Part shown: positions 26,238-38,140 of the stretch, piece by piece
How the letters are laid out: every line of letters starts with the position of its first letter
Numbering within the stretch: the first letter of the stretch is position 1
Program-made: the position numbers and the translations under genes
Notes under the pieces: model-generated
The model's database searches: none
What the model saw: only the letters and a program-made list of their open reading frames with translations
Told to the model about the DNA's origin: nothing
Assembly: GCA_026026165.1 (NCBI GenBank)
Contig: JAPEUD010000031.1
Location: forward strand, 186,001 to 239,303
Direction of reading: 5' to 3'
Origin: Sarea resinae
Lineage: Eukaryota
Length of the DNA stretch: 53,303 nucleotides

Positions 26238-26658
26238 GATGGTGCTTTGGTGATGTATGTCTTACTATCTCGAAGGACTGATTTGGGTCTTGATGGTGGT
26301 GGTGAGAGCGGTGATGATCGAAAATGCCACCAACGTATCGAGGGGTAGGCAATCTCTTAACAGTGCCTGCGACCAAGTGAGGGGATATGCATCGAATGGA
26401 TGGGCGTAGACTGGTGACTGGACTTGTTTGACGAGGGCGCTCCCTTGCATATGCTGCTGCTGCCGCGGCCGCGTCGCGCAGACACGACATGATGGCCCCC
26501 CGAGGTGTGTTTCACTCCTTGCAGCTCCGCCGTCGCCTTCGCCATCGCCAGATGCAGAATAGCTCTTGAGTCGGCAATATCAACCTTCCCATCTTTCCCA
26601 TGTGCCCCCAAAGCCGACGTCGAGATGTTGCATCGGGGACCTGCTTGTCGTGTCGACC

Positions 26659-27740
26659 ATGGCCCGCATACCTCTTCGTCTCCGGATAGCAATAGGCTGC
26701 TTTTCGCTGTTGGTGCTCTTGTGAGTAATGGTTTCTTCGTGTTCTGTTTCGTCTCTTTCTTTTGTTTCCTCGGTTTCCCGTCTGAGCTGATCTCGAGTTC
26801 GAACAGGTACATGATCCGTGATTTCTGGCCGGAAAAATACATACTCGAGCTGCCCGCTGTGTCCGTCCAATATGAATCGAAGCCGTACAACGAGAGCAAA
26901 GTCGCTCTGCTGGTCGAGACCAGGGCACTACCACAGCTGGCACCTTTCATCTTGCACATGATCTCCGTGGTGCCTCCAGACTGGCGATTTCGTTTCATGG
27001 GCTCGAACGTGTCCATCCCACACCTCAACAACTCGGTAGCAATCAGGCACCAAGTCGAAATCGGCAAACTCGATTTGACCTATGTGCCGTCAAACGTCTC
27101 CGTCGATACCATTGAACATCTGAATGAATTCTACACCAATCTGTGGGTGTACGAGACAGTACTTCAGCCGGCGGAATGGATCCTGAGCTATCAGACCGAC
27201 AGTAAGACCCTCTGTTTCTTGCTGCAGCCCAAAAACGATTGACATGTTGCAGGTATGCTCTGCGCAAACAGTAAGGGCAATCTAAACGACTGGCTGGAGT
27301 ACGACTGGGTGGGAGCCCCTTGGAGCCTCGATGCGCGATATGGGGGCAACGGCGGCCTGTCTCTTCGGCGGGCGAGCGCCATCATCCAGGTCCTCCGCAA
27401 CCAGCGACGGCTGCCCAATAGCGACCCTGAGGATGTCTGGCTCTCGGAGCGACTGGGCCATCGTCGAGGTGGCAGTGTCGCAAACGGGACTGCGTCTCTG
27501 CAATTCTCGGCCGAGCAGCATTGGACTGAATATCCGATGGGCTATCATACCGGAGGATCGGGTATATTCCTATCACCTTGGGTTTGGGGGACGCCGGCGA
27601 TGCGGCAACATATATATGATTACTGCCCGGAGATTAAGCTGGTCTTGGATATGGACGTGGCGAGTTATATGCCGGGCGAGTGCGGTCTCGACACCTGGAA
27701 AAGAGACGAGAATGCATTAATGGGGGATGGGGATTATTGA
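26659..27740 (+). CDS. DUF5672 protein 1, type II membrane, putative glycosyltransferase (3 exons)
   Basis: Exon 1 MARIPLRLRIAIGCFSLLVLL| (intron 26721-26806) then YMIRDF gives a signal anchor. Downstream motifs are KVALLVETR, VVPPDWRFRFMGS, YQTDS|MLCAN, YDWVGAPW, GGNGGLSLRR, PEDVW, PMGYH and YCPEIK. Confidence 0.82.
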
Positions 27741-28442
27741 GAAGGGCCCCGGAAGGAGGGGTTGTCCGGGTTCTGGTTCATTTCTAGCATTTCAACCTGG
27801 GGCATTGTCGTAAGGAAGGCCTTTGGGGCTATAGAATTGAAAGTAGAATGTGATCATTGATTTACGGATGATTCAACTTCTGGTAGGAGATCAAGTTTTG
27901 AATCCGACTTCGGTCGTTCGCAACCATGGTTCCCCCCTGAATTATATAGCGGCTATTATGACATCGCTTATGCTAGAGCCTAAGATGGAGTAGGTAAAAG
28001 CAACGACGACAGATGGATTGCTACTCCGGAGTAATTCTATGCCTATCATATCGCCATCTTATGATCGAGTACCGTGACTCCAAGTGAAGATGAGTATATA
28101 CCAGTAAGCTATCAGAAACATCCAGCATATCACGCACAAAGATTTCACTATACTCTTGGCTTTGGTGCCGAGAGGTTTTAGTCTACATGCAACTAATCTA
28201 CTCCCGATCAAGACTGAATTCCTCTTGATGCGCTATCAAGGTGAAGACGAAGACGAACATTCTTGACATCCTCGGGATCTTGGTTCTCTCTTCTAATTAG
28301 CTGGCTGTGGATTGATAGATATATTGGGGGCACAACGCTACATCTCAACACCATCTGGCTTTCTTCATCATCGACCACCGACCACTGCCCACTGCCGACT
28401 GACTACCGACTGCTGACCACCACTAAACGCCACCCATGCACC

Positions 28443-29756
28443 TCATTTCCTATCTCTATTCTTGATCATCACGGTCGAGTACCTTGGAGGAAAATCAGTA
28501 CCGTCAAACTTTCAGTCAAGAAAGAGGCTTACGAGATGATCCCGGCGATTGCTAATATGATGCCCAGAATGCTTTTATCTCCAATTGCTCGGCCACTGGT
28601 GACCCAGCCAAGCATGATGATCGAACAGGTCTTGACATGGCCTACGACAGTGGAAGTCACTGGTCCAGACCCTGCAACGATGAAGAATTGCGAAAGGTTG
28701 ATGAGACATGCGAAGAATCCGCTCTAGATGGCCGTCAGGATCGTCCTTCATGTCGCTTTTGGGGGGTTCATACCATGAATATCATCGCCCATCTGTTTGC
28801 AGGTACAATATCCCAATGGGGAAAGGTGTCGGTGAACGGTATGACGTACAAGAGGAGGAAGGCACTGATTGGAGCCTGATTGAAGAGCAGCTGCATGCTA
28901 TTCATTTCGAATTTCTTGTGGTATACCCCAACCCACACCGTATACAACGAGCTGGCGAGAACTCCGCAAAAGGCAAATATGACTCCAGCGGTCGAGGTCG
29001 TCTTGACGTTCGAATTTGCTGTCGGTAGCGAGTCATAGTATGACACGATCCCAACTCCGAGACATGTTGGAACCAAGGTGTAGACGGCGAGGCGTGGTAT
29101 CGTCGTCTTATAGAAGACGAAATTGATTAGTGCAACCGTTGGAGTGAGCAGGATCCTTGCAATTTGATAAAAGGTGATTGAGGAGAACGCGAGAGACAGA
29201 TTCGGCAGTATGACATTCATACACATCGTTGATGCTAACGGTATCATGGAGAGCAAATCTGCCCGTTTCGGTGTGAAAAATCCGATTGCTGGTCGAGAGA
29301 TGATGAAAAGGGTCATTCCCGTGATCGAAAAATGAAAAGCCGCAAAGGATGATTGAGAAAGACGAAAGGAGGGATCGTTAAAGATGGCCTTGTTGGTGAA
29401 AACCTGAAAGCAATCAGTCAGATACTGAGATCACAGATTTTCGGCGTTCCAAGGAGCAAAGCACGGCCGGTCAAAAAGGAGACCCCTTGGGAAGCGTTTC
29501 AATTGGAAGTACTGACTATGCCGATAGTTGCCAGAGTGTTGACTATTACCCATATAAGGAAACTCCGTGTCTGATGACGAGCATCCCTCCGTCCCCTCTC
29601 AACGGACTCTGGAAGACCCTTTTCTTCGTCTACGAAGCTCTGGAAATCTGTCAGTTCGGAATCGGTCTCGAGAAGTTTTTCGTCCTCGCCGACAATATGG
29701 ATCGCAGGGCTTGTGAGCTCCAGCTCTTCTTTCACTGAGAGTCGTTCTGCAACCAT
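28443..29756 (-). CDS. Nucleotide-sugar transporter (TPT/SLC35E-like, related to UDP-Rha/UDP-Gal transporters), multi-exon
   Basis: NTLATIGI|VFTNKAIF, FAAFHF, NLSLAFSSITFYQIARILLTP, MNSMQLLFNQAP, LINLSQFFIV and SSTVVGHVKTC; many transmembrane segments; last exon SYSTVMIKNRDRK*. Confidence 0.88.
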
Positions 29757-30484
29757 ATCGGGTACTGGTGTTTGTCCGTCCAATGCAAACTACTTCACCT
29801 TGTAACGCAAATGGTCGTTGCCAACGCATTGTATATCTTTCGACATCTAATCCAAAGATCACCGTCCGATCTTGGTGCTGGCGCAGGGACTCCCTTGCAT
29901 GACAGAGATCGGCGGCGTAAGGAACGTGGAGTGCATTGCAACGTGAAACTTTATGCAAGGGCCCGGTGGAATCCCAGGCTTGGTCTGGGTCAATTTTCTA
30001 AGGGTTTGAATCGAAGAAGTAGCCCTTTGAGCGTCTTGAGTCCAGTGTCTCGGAGAAGAAGGCTGAAGAACCTACGCGTCTCAATCGTGTCCTTCATTGC
30101 TCGAGAGAACCCCCACCCCCTGTTGGTCCAACTTGACCCTTCGGGTTAGTGGCTTTGCTGGTATTCCTGATTCCGTGTCTGGTGCTAGTCCGAGCAGCGA
30201 TTGATGCATGGAGTCTGCCTCCTGCATAATTTTCAGGGTGACTCTCCCTTGGACTATGCTTCATTCGACTTTCAGCTGGCCTATGCTCTCCTCGAAACAC
30301 CCTCCAAACACGGGATAGGACTCAAACCCAGGACAACTCGAATTGACCGAACTCCTTTGGTATATCTTCCAACAAAGACCAATTCAGGACTTGCTCTCAC
30401 TCTCGCTTTCAACCGCCATACTTTCGAAGTTCAAGATACTCTGCTGGCAATATGGCCCCCTCTCAACAGAGCTCCGTCAGCAAC

Positions 30485-31888
30485 ATGCCTCCATTCAAGA
30501 AGCCTAATGTGAGCAATTTGTCTGGTAGGTTGGGCTCCTCCAGAGTTTGCTTCTGTTTCGTGAATCCGTGTCTGACTGGATCGGATTAACAGGAGCACCC
30601 AACCCTACGTCGAATCCCATCCATGATATCGATTTCTGGAAGGATGTTCCGATCTTCAAAGGAACCACTCACTTTGAGCCGTTGCCCGATGTCAAGAACA
30701 TCATGATCACCGGCGGAGCTGGCTTCATGTAAGGCTATCTTGGCTGCTGTGCCCGCCTCTTCTGACATTTCTCAGTGCGTCCTGGCTGGTCCGCCACCTT
30801 GTCCTCACCTATCCGGATAATTACAACATCATTTCCTTTGACAAACTCGACTATTGTGCCTCGTTGCATAATACACGCATGTTGGAAAAGTTGCCCAATT
30901 TCAGCTTCTTCCATGGCGACATCACCAACGCCTCGGACGTGATGGAATGTCTCCGCATGCACAATATTGATACTGTGTTTCACTTCGCGGCGCAGTCTCA
31001 CGTCGACCTGAGCTTTGGTAACTCCTATGAGTTCACGAATACCAATGTCTACGGAACACACGTCTTGCTTGAGAGCGTCAAAGATTTCAAGATCAAGCGA
31101 TTCGTTCATATCTCTACCGACGAGGTCTACGGCGAGGTTGAAGCGGATGGTGATGACTTGCTTGAGACGAGTCTCTTGGCGCCTACCAACCCTTATGCTG
31201 CCAGTAAAGCTGCAGCAGAAATGCTGGTAAATGCCTACTATAAGAGTTTCAAGTTGCCGGTCGTCATTGTCCGTAGTAACAATGTTTATGGACCGCATCA
31301 ATTCCCGGAGAGTGGGTCGAATCAAAATCCCGTACAGTGGAAGTCCAGCTGACCGAAAACATAGAGGTGATACCGAAATTTAGCTGCCTCCTGCATGCGG
31401 GACGCCCCTTGCCACTACATGGAGACGGGAAACACGCGCGTCGTTACCTCTTCGCGGGTGATGCGGCCGACGCCTTCGATACTATCCTCCACCGCGGTAC
31501 GGTTGGACAAATCTACAATGTCGACTCCTGCGACGAGATTTCGAACCTTGATCTCTGCGCCAAACTTCTCGAGTGCTTCAATCTGCCTTTGTTGACGCCC
31601 GACGGCAAGTCTTGGATTCACCATACCAAGGACCGTCCTTTCAACGACCGGCGCTATGCTGTCGACGGTAGCAAACTGAAACGGCTCGGCTGGGAGCAGA
31701 AGATGCCGTTTGAAGTCGGCCTCGTACTTACGGTGGACTGGTACAGGAAGTACGGTAGGAATTGGTGGGGAGACATCAGCAAGGTGCTTACGCCTTTTCC
31801 TGTCGTGGAGAAACGCGAGATGGTTACCGAGGAGGAGCACGACCGGAATGCGCATGAATTTGAGGCGGAAGTGGCGTTGGTGACCTGA
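30485..31888 (+). CDS. UDP-glucose 4,6-dehydratase (RmlB-like extended SDR; first step of UDP-rhamnose synthesis), 4 exons
   Basis: ITGGAGFI, DKLDYCAS, HFAAQSHVDLSF, ISTDEVYG, NPYAASKAAAE, RSNNVYGPHQFPE|KVIPKF and DRPFNDRRY. Confidence 0.95.
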
Positions 31889-33120
31889 AGAAGGAGAAGG
31901 GCAAGAGTTGGGAGAGTTGTGGTAGTGGCGGCGGGAAGCCCAGACTCCGTTCACACGCAAATCGCGCAGTCTTAGTCCTCGTACTCCGTACAGTCTCCCT
32001 CAATAGAAGCATCACGCGCAACGCCATCGTCTGTCTGTCTCCGTAGCACCTTATGTTGGCCCACTCCCCCTTTCGAAGCTTTGACTCATCACATTTGCTG
32101 TGGGTTTTGCCTCCTGACGTTGAAGGCTGACGTACGAAGGAGAAACAAACCTTAAACGTCGATCTGGTGTAACCACCCCTGCCTTCCCCCCGCCTCTCGC
32201 TCCCGCCGCCGCGCCGTTGTCTTGCCCAAGGTAGGCTCGCCTTCGCCTCGCCTCGCCCGGGCCCGCGGCCCTGACAACCACCTGACGGAATGTAAGCATC
32301 TTTAGCGAGGGGTAAGTACGAAGTGAGCGACCTTGCATCGTGGCGAGGACAGACACGCCAGGGGCAGGTCTCCTGCATTTTGGTACTCCTTACGCCCGTG
32401 CCGCTTACTCTCCCCGCCCCCCTGAGGTGATGACCCTAGACAGAAATCATAGTAACTTACACCAGACAAGGAGCTTGTCTACCTGGCAGGGCATGCTGTG
32501 CGATCAAAGAAGGAATCGTTTGCTGGTTGTGCGATGCAGGGCTGGGAGGGAAGCGAAGGGCGTCAGGGAGGGATGTGTGTCTTCGTACTGAGGAGAGAGA
32601 GGGCCCCAGCTTTGGCTTTGGCTTTGGTGTCACTGGTATTACTGGCGTCCACGGGCAAGTGGCCGACCATCTGGATCTTCCGATGGAATCTCTGGAGAAA
32701 GGGAAGCGAAGAATACCCGTGCACGACATGGATGGCGAGAAAACATATTGCAGATCACGGTTCCTTGTGGTTTTGGACATGCCTGATACTTGCAATCTCA
32801 ACTTCCTCGTCATCAGTATTTTGAATCATCGATTATCTTGCGTGGCCGTTATCTGCCTATCTGTCTCTCTCATGAACTGCTGAATTGTTTATTCCTTTGA
32901 CTTTGGTTGGCTTCTGACTTCTTGCTTCCTTATCTTTCGCCCGCTGGCCCGTTGAGGTGTCATTCTTAATTCATCGTTAGTTTTGATTTACGTGTCATAG
33001 AGGATAGATTGAACTGGGTTGGAACCGGCCTGGCCTGATTAGATTGATATCGAACGAGGGGATTGGGACCGCGTCGCGTGCATGTGAACTGCGGTGAAGG
33101 AAACATCGACCAGAGAAAAG

Positions 33121-34893
33121 ATGCTAAAGGCAGTGAGCGGCAAGTGGTCGCTGTTATATATCTTTCTACTGCTGATGCTGCTGTTCGTGTATGTCCGATC
33201 TCTTCCATGTCTCCCATCCTCTCGCCGTCGACTGATCCCCCCCCCCTCTCTCCTCATCTCCCTGTACCGCCTCTCAGAAAAACAACGCTGACACCGGATA
33301 CCACCACGCCCCAGATGGACGATCCGCTACCCGACCACGTACGCAACCCATGCCTACACCCGAGTCTCGCAGCAGCTGCCGTCGCTCGTCATCGACCTCC
33401 ACCCAACCCGGACCTTCCAAGCGCGCTACAACAGCTCGAAAGTCGCCCTGTTCGTCGAGCCGCGCCCCCTCGGCCACATCACACCGCTGCTATTGCACAT
33501 GATGTCCGTGGTGCCGCCCGACTGGCGTTTCCTCTTCCTCGGATCCCCGGCCAGCATCGCGTCCGTGAACGCCAGCACCGCCGTCCGGCTGTCCGTCGCA
33601 TCGGGCAAGCTCGCGCTCGGCGCCATCGAGGAGACGGGCCGCAAGAAGAAACCGGGCATCGACGGCGCCTGGGAGTGGGAGAACATCGCCGATCAAGAAA
33701 GGCTCAACCGCATGCTGACGAATCGGACTTTCTACGAATCCAGGCTGCCGGGCGTCGAGTGGCTGTTTCTGTTTCATGCCGATAGCATCCTTTGTGCGAG
33801 CTCGAATACCAGTTTGAATGATTGGCTGGAGTTTGATTGGGTGGGGGCGCCTACGTGAGTTCTTTTGTTCTTTCCCGTTCCTTTATTCCCCTTTCCCCGT
33901 CTCCCTCCTCCCTCCATCTGTCTTGTCCATTCATTATATTTTGACCCCATCTCCAACCTTGTCGTCTGTCCAAGATGGGGATATAAGTGTGCATGCCTGT
34001 AGAGGGGGGGGGAAAAGGCCGAGCCCCTATAATACGCTCACGAGAGAAAGAGACAAATAAGATCAAGGCGTCCAAGAGACTGACATGCCGTCCGCAGCCA
34101 CCCCACCGACACTTTCGGTCACAACGGCGGCCTCTCGCTCCGCCGCCTCTCCGCCATCCAGAAAGTCCTCGCCTTCCAGGAACGCCACCCGCTAGACATG
34201 TCCGAGGACGAATGGCTCGTGAACCGGCTCGCGCTCCTGCCCGGTTCCAAAATCGCCAACGCCGCAGACATCACGGGCGGCGCGGCTGCTGCAGCGGGCT
34301 CGGCGGGCTCGGCGGTGGCGGCGGCGGCGGCGGCGGCGGCGGCACCCTCGCCGTCGTGGAGAGGCGGCTTTAGTGTCGGCGGCGGCGTCTGGCATGAGCG
34401 GCCCATGGGCTACCATTTCGCCGACGGCAGCGTCGGCCCTGGTTTGTCGCCCGAGGTCTGGGATGATCCTCGCCGGAGGAGGGAGGTGCTCGCGTACTGC
34501 CCCGAGGTCAAGATGTTGTTGGATATGAAACTTGAGCGGGAGAGATGCCCGCCGGGCAATGTGGGTGGGGGGCAAGTGGAAGCAGAAGTGGGGAGGGAGA
34601 GCGGGGAGGGAGGACAAGAGGGGGAACCCGCGGGAGGACAGGAGGTGGGACGGGAGGGAGAGCAGGGTGAGGTCAAGGTCGAGGGTGAGGTGGTTTGGGT
34701 GACCGGCGATCCAGCTCAGGATCAGGGTGAAGCCCAGGGTCAAGCCCAGGATCAGAATCACGAGCACAATCAGCCCGAAACTGCTCAACTTCTAGCAGCA
34801 GACGCCCTCGACCCGGCCCAAGCGGAGCCTGAGCCCTATATTCCTGATCGAGACACAGAGACAGAACAGTTCGACAGAGTTGTAGTAGATTAG
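33121..34893 (+). CDS. DUF5672 protein 2, type II membrane, putative glycosyltransferase with a poly-Ala insert and a Gly/Glu/Gln-rich tail (3 exons)
   Basis: Exon 1 MLKAVSGKWSLLYIFLLLMLLFV| is a signal anchor. Downstream motifs are SKVALFVEPR, VVPPDWRFLFLGS, FHADSILCA, FDWVGAPT|..GHNGGLSLRR, SEDEW, PMGYH and YCPEVK. It is a clear paralogue of 26659-27740. Confidence 0.8.
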
Positions 34894-34894
34894 A

Positions 34895-35345
34895 ACGCTA
34901 AAAATAGAGCCACTATAAGTATAATTTCGCGTTTGGTTTTTAGAGAAGTACAAGTATTGCTGTAGCTAGCGTGGGTGAAATACAGTGCTACAGATAGTAT
35001 TTCGAAGACTTGTAGGTAGGTGAAAAGAGGTGGTATATTTAGCTAATTTCCTAGAGTTAGATATTGTACCTATCTTAATTGATTTGCAGTTATAAGCAAA
35101 GGGATATCAGTGATCTAATCGACCATCATCATAGTCTTATTGAGATACACAATATTATGCAACTTTACTCTATTAACGAGAAAAACTAGTATCTTCAGAC
35201 TATACTGCTCTCTAAGTTTAAGAGCTCCATATATATCTATATATTCTTCTTTCTACTAGTGCGATCGCCCTACAACCTTTCTAGGATTGTATTAATCTAT
35301 AGAAAAGAAATCGAACAAGTCCAAGCATAATATTTCTATGGGGTA
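34895..35345. mobile_element. AT/TpA-rich RIP-degenerate relic at the right edge of the rhamnose locus
   Basis: Sharp change from GC-rich coding sequence to TA-rich, stop-rich sequence. Confidence 0.5.
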
Positions 35346-35670
35346 TAATGCCCTGCTGCCGCTGTGCGTGATAGATCCGGAATACAATGAGGAAAAGCGA
35401 AAGCGAAACAGAGAGAAAGCAAGAAAAAAAGGGAAATCGGTACAGGTATCAGAATCAGCTCCGTCGCTTCGTCGTCCCTGATAACGCCTAGATGCCAAAA
35501 GCCAGAGAGCCATCAATTGTCGATTTTCATCTTCACTTGTGAAAGACTAACAGCGAGTTGTACTCATCAACGAAAGCATCGCCTTTTCACCGCCTCGAAG
35601 ACGAGCATCTGCGCAGCAAGTATCCCATGATACAGCCCCGCACGAGCACGGCGTTCAATTCATCAATCCA

Positions 35671-36720
35671 TCATGCGTTGTTGTTGACCAAGTCAAATTC
35701 CTCACTCGGCGGCCTTTTCGAATCCCCTCTTCCCCGCAGGGACCACGCCGCCGCCGACCATTCCCCGCCAAACGAGAAACCAGGATGGAAGACGGTCAGG
35801 GCCACGGCGGCGATGATGATCATGGGGCCCTCGAGCACCATGAAGGCGGGCTCGTTGTTGGCGACCTTGCCGTCGAACCCGCCCGCCAGTTCCGCAACTC
35901 GGAAGATGGATCGGATCAAGATCGTCACGGTTGCGAGCGCGAGGGCTGACATGACACTATCAGTATTGTGTTACTCAAACTAGAAAGAGAAAGTGGAGCT
36001 TACCGCATTTGAAGGCCTTGAACTTCGGCGAGGAAGTGAGATGGGTGAATTGCTGATCCGTCTCACTGGCAGAGCGACGCACCCGCCAGGTGAACTCGCC
36101 CCAGAGGATGATAAACAAGGCGAGCGAGAAAACTTGGAAGGCCAAACCAGCCACCATGATGTTGACGCCATTGTCGGTTTGGGACTTGTTGTTGCCCGTC
36201 GCCGCGATGCCGCCTCCCGCGCCCTGCAGTATGAGGGATAGCAAGTCGCACGAGATGAAGATCAAAGTGTATGATCGCGGCTGGATCCGGGACAGGTATG
36301 CACCGTAGACGGTGACGATGCGAGCGAGGCAGAGGTAGATGGATGCGGTCAGGAAGGCCGGTCCGATGGTCAGGCAGATCAGATATCTGAGTTCTTGTCA
36401 GTTGGGCGAAACTAAAGTGGGACAGAGTATGCGGACAGCAGAAAAGGTTCTTGGGTGAAAGGGTTATGGTGCATCTGTACGCGGCCGACGTAGCCTAGGA
36501 CCTCGAGTAAGAGGCCGCCAAACATGCCCCCAAGAAAACCCCAGGTGCGGTAGAAGATGCCCAGCCCGATCTGCAAGATCAGGATGATGGCGAAGATGAT
36601 AAGAAAGGCGAGATTGCCGCCCAGCGAGGGGATGTAGTGGATATTGGCATATTCGAGGGTGCAATTCTTCAGGGTGCAGTAGTCGGGGTCAATTGACGCA
36701 TTAAAGGTCGTCGAATTCAT
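35671..36720 (-). CDS. RTA1/Rsb1-family (lipid-translocating exporter) membrane protein, 3 exons
   Basis: YIPSLGGN, GLLLEVLGYVGR, LTIGPAFLTASIYLCLARIV, FISCDLLSLILQGAGGG, AGLAFQV and IRSIFRVAELAGG are RTA1 motifs. Confidence 0.93.
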
Positions 36721-38140
36721 CGCAGCGGGTCAAAGGATTGGGCTCTTCGAAGACAGAACAGAGGGCAGCGGAAGTAAAGGACAGAATCAATTGCCTAATG
36801 AAAGAATCAAAGACGAACGAAGACGCTGCTGAAGTCAAGGTCATGAGAATGAGACTGAGCGTGACGATGCCGACACTTTATAAAACGTGTCCCGCCATTC
36901 ATACACCCCGAGACACTACCACTGTCGGGACACGAGTGAGAATGGACCAACACAAGCCGCTACAGCTCCGAGTTTCCTATTGCTGACAGACCAAATCCGC
37001 CGCTCTGCTGAAGCCCCACAACCATCTTCCTGAAACGGGCATGCTGACCGCTAAACGAGGTACTTAGTCCGCATAAGGCCGCGTACCTGTCACACTTGGG
37101 GCAACTGTTGGAAGTGCACTTTATGCGCAAACGACGACGCAATCCATGGATGGCCATTCTTAGACGCAGTCTCGTTACGCGTTGGTCGTCTGCCGCTGGC
37201 TTGGCTGTCTTGGCGCATCGCTGCTGTCTGCCGCGTCGAGGCATCGGCCCCAACTGTCGCCGATGGATGCGGAGATGAGGTAGTCAGATCTGATCGCTTC
37301 CGCATCAACCAGTGGCAGGGCGCAGGGCTGAGTCGCAAAGTGCTTGATGTGTTTTATTTTTGGGCCGACCATGGGAGGGGGCAGGGACCGATCGGGGGGC
37401 CGCGTGTTAGTGCTGACTAGCTGATGAGTTTATACGAGCCGACGAATAATGGACGAAACGTCAAAGAGAAGAGAAGAAGGCCGTCTCATCACCTCGCATC
37501 GCAGCTAATCGCAACCGAGATTGGCTGCGGGCACGGATCGTCGTTGATAGTCGTTGATAGGTTGCACGGTCGTTGCAACGTGCCGTCCCTGGTCGGGTCG
37601 CGTCCTCTAGCCACGACTCGGGAGTACGGAGTCCGGAGTGCTGTGGGAGAGCGATTGACTTCGGTCCGAGATCGTCGCTTGCTTGGCTTGGACCTGACCG
37701 GCCCGCTCCCCGCTCAAAGATGCCTCCGGACCCGCCGGTGTTGCGCGGCCCTGAGAGAAATTCATCTGCATTGCGTCAGTCTTCTATCGTTCGTCCGTGG
37801 TGGCCTCGTGGCATAGTTCAGTGCTAGCCGCAGGAGTGTGGGGTGATACGGGCGGAAAAACCATCTTCGGCGTCATCGAATTGGCGGGCGCATTAGTGGC
37901 TTGATATTCACAGGGAACGGCACAAATGCATCCACCGGAGAGACGAGCTTGCGTCGCGATGCATATCTGGTTCACCGATGGGCATCTGATTGTTCTCTTC
38001 TGAGATCCTGCCTCTGATTGCCGATACATATCTTACAGATCTTACAGATCACCCCGCCCCCGAGTGTCAAGCAACCTCGTGACAAATACTTCAATGGATT
38101 GAATTGTTATCTGGTACGCACATATACAGAGCAAGGGTAT

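Noticed and set aside
27904..27917. CGAC-TTCG-GTCG tetraloop hairpin as a possible ncRNA
   Set aside because: The stem is only 4 bp and has no surrounding tRNA or snRNA structure; expected by chance.
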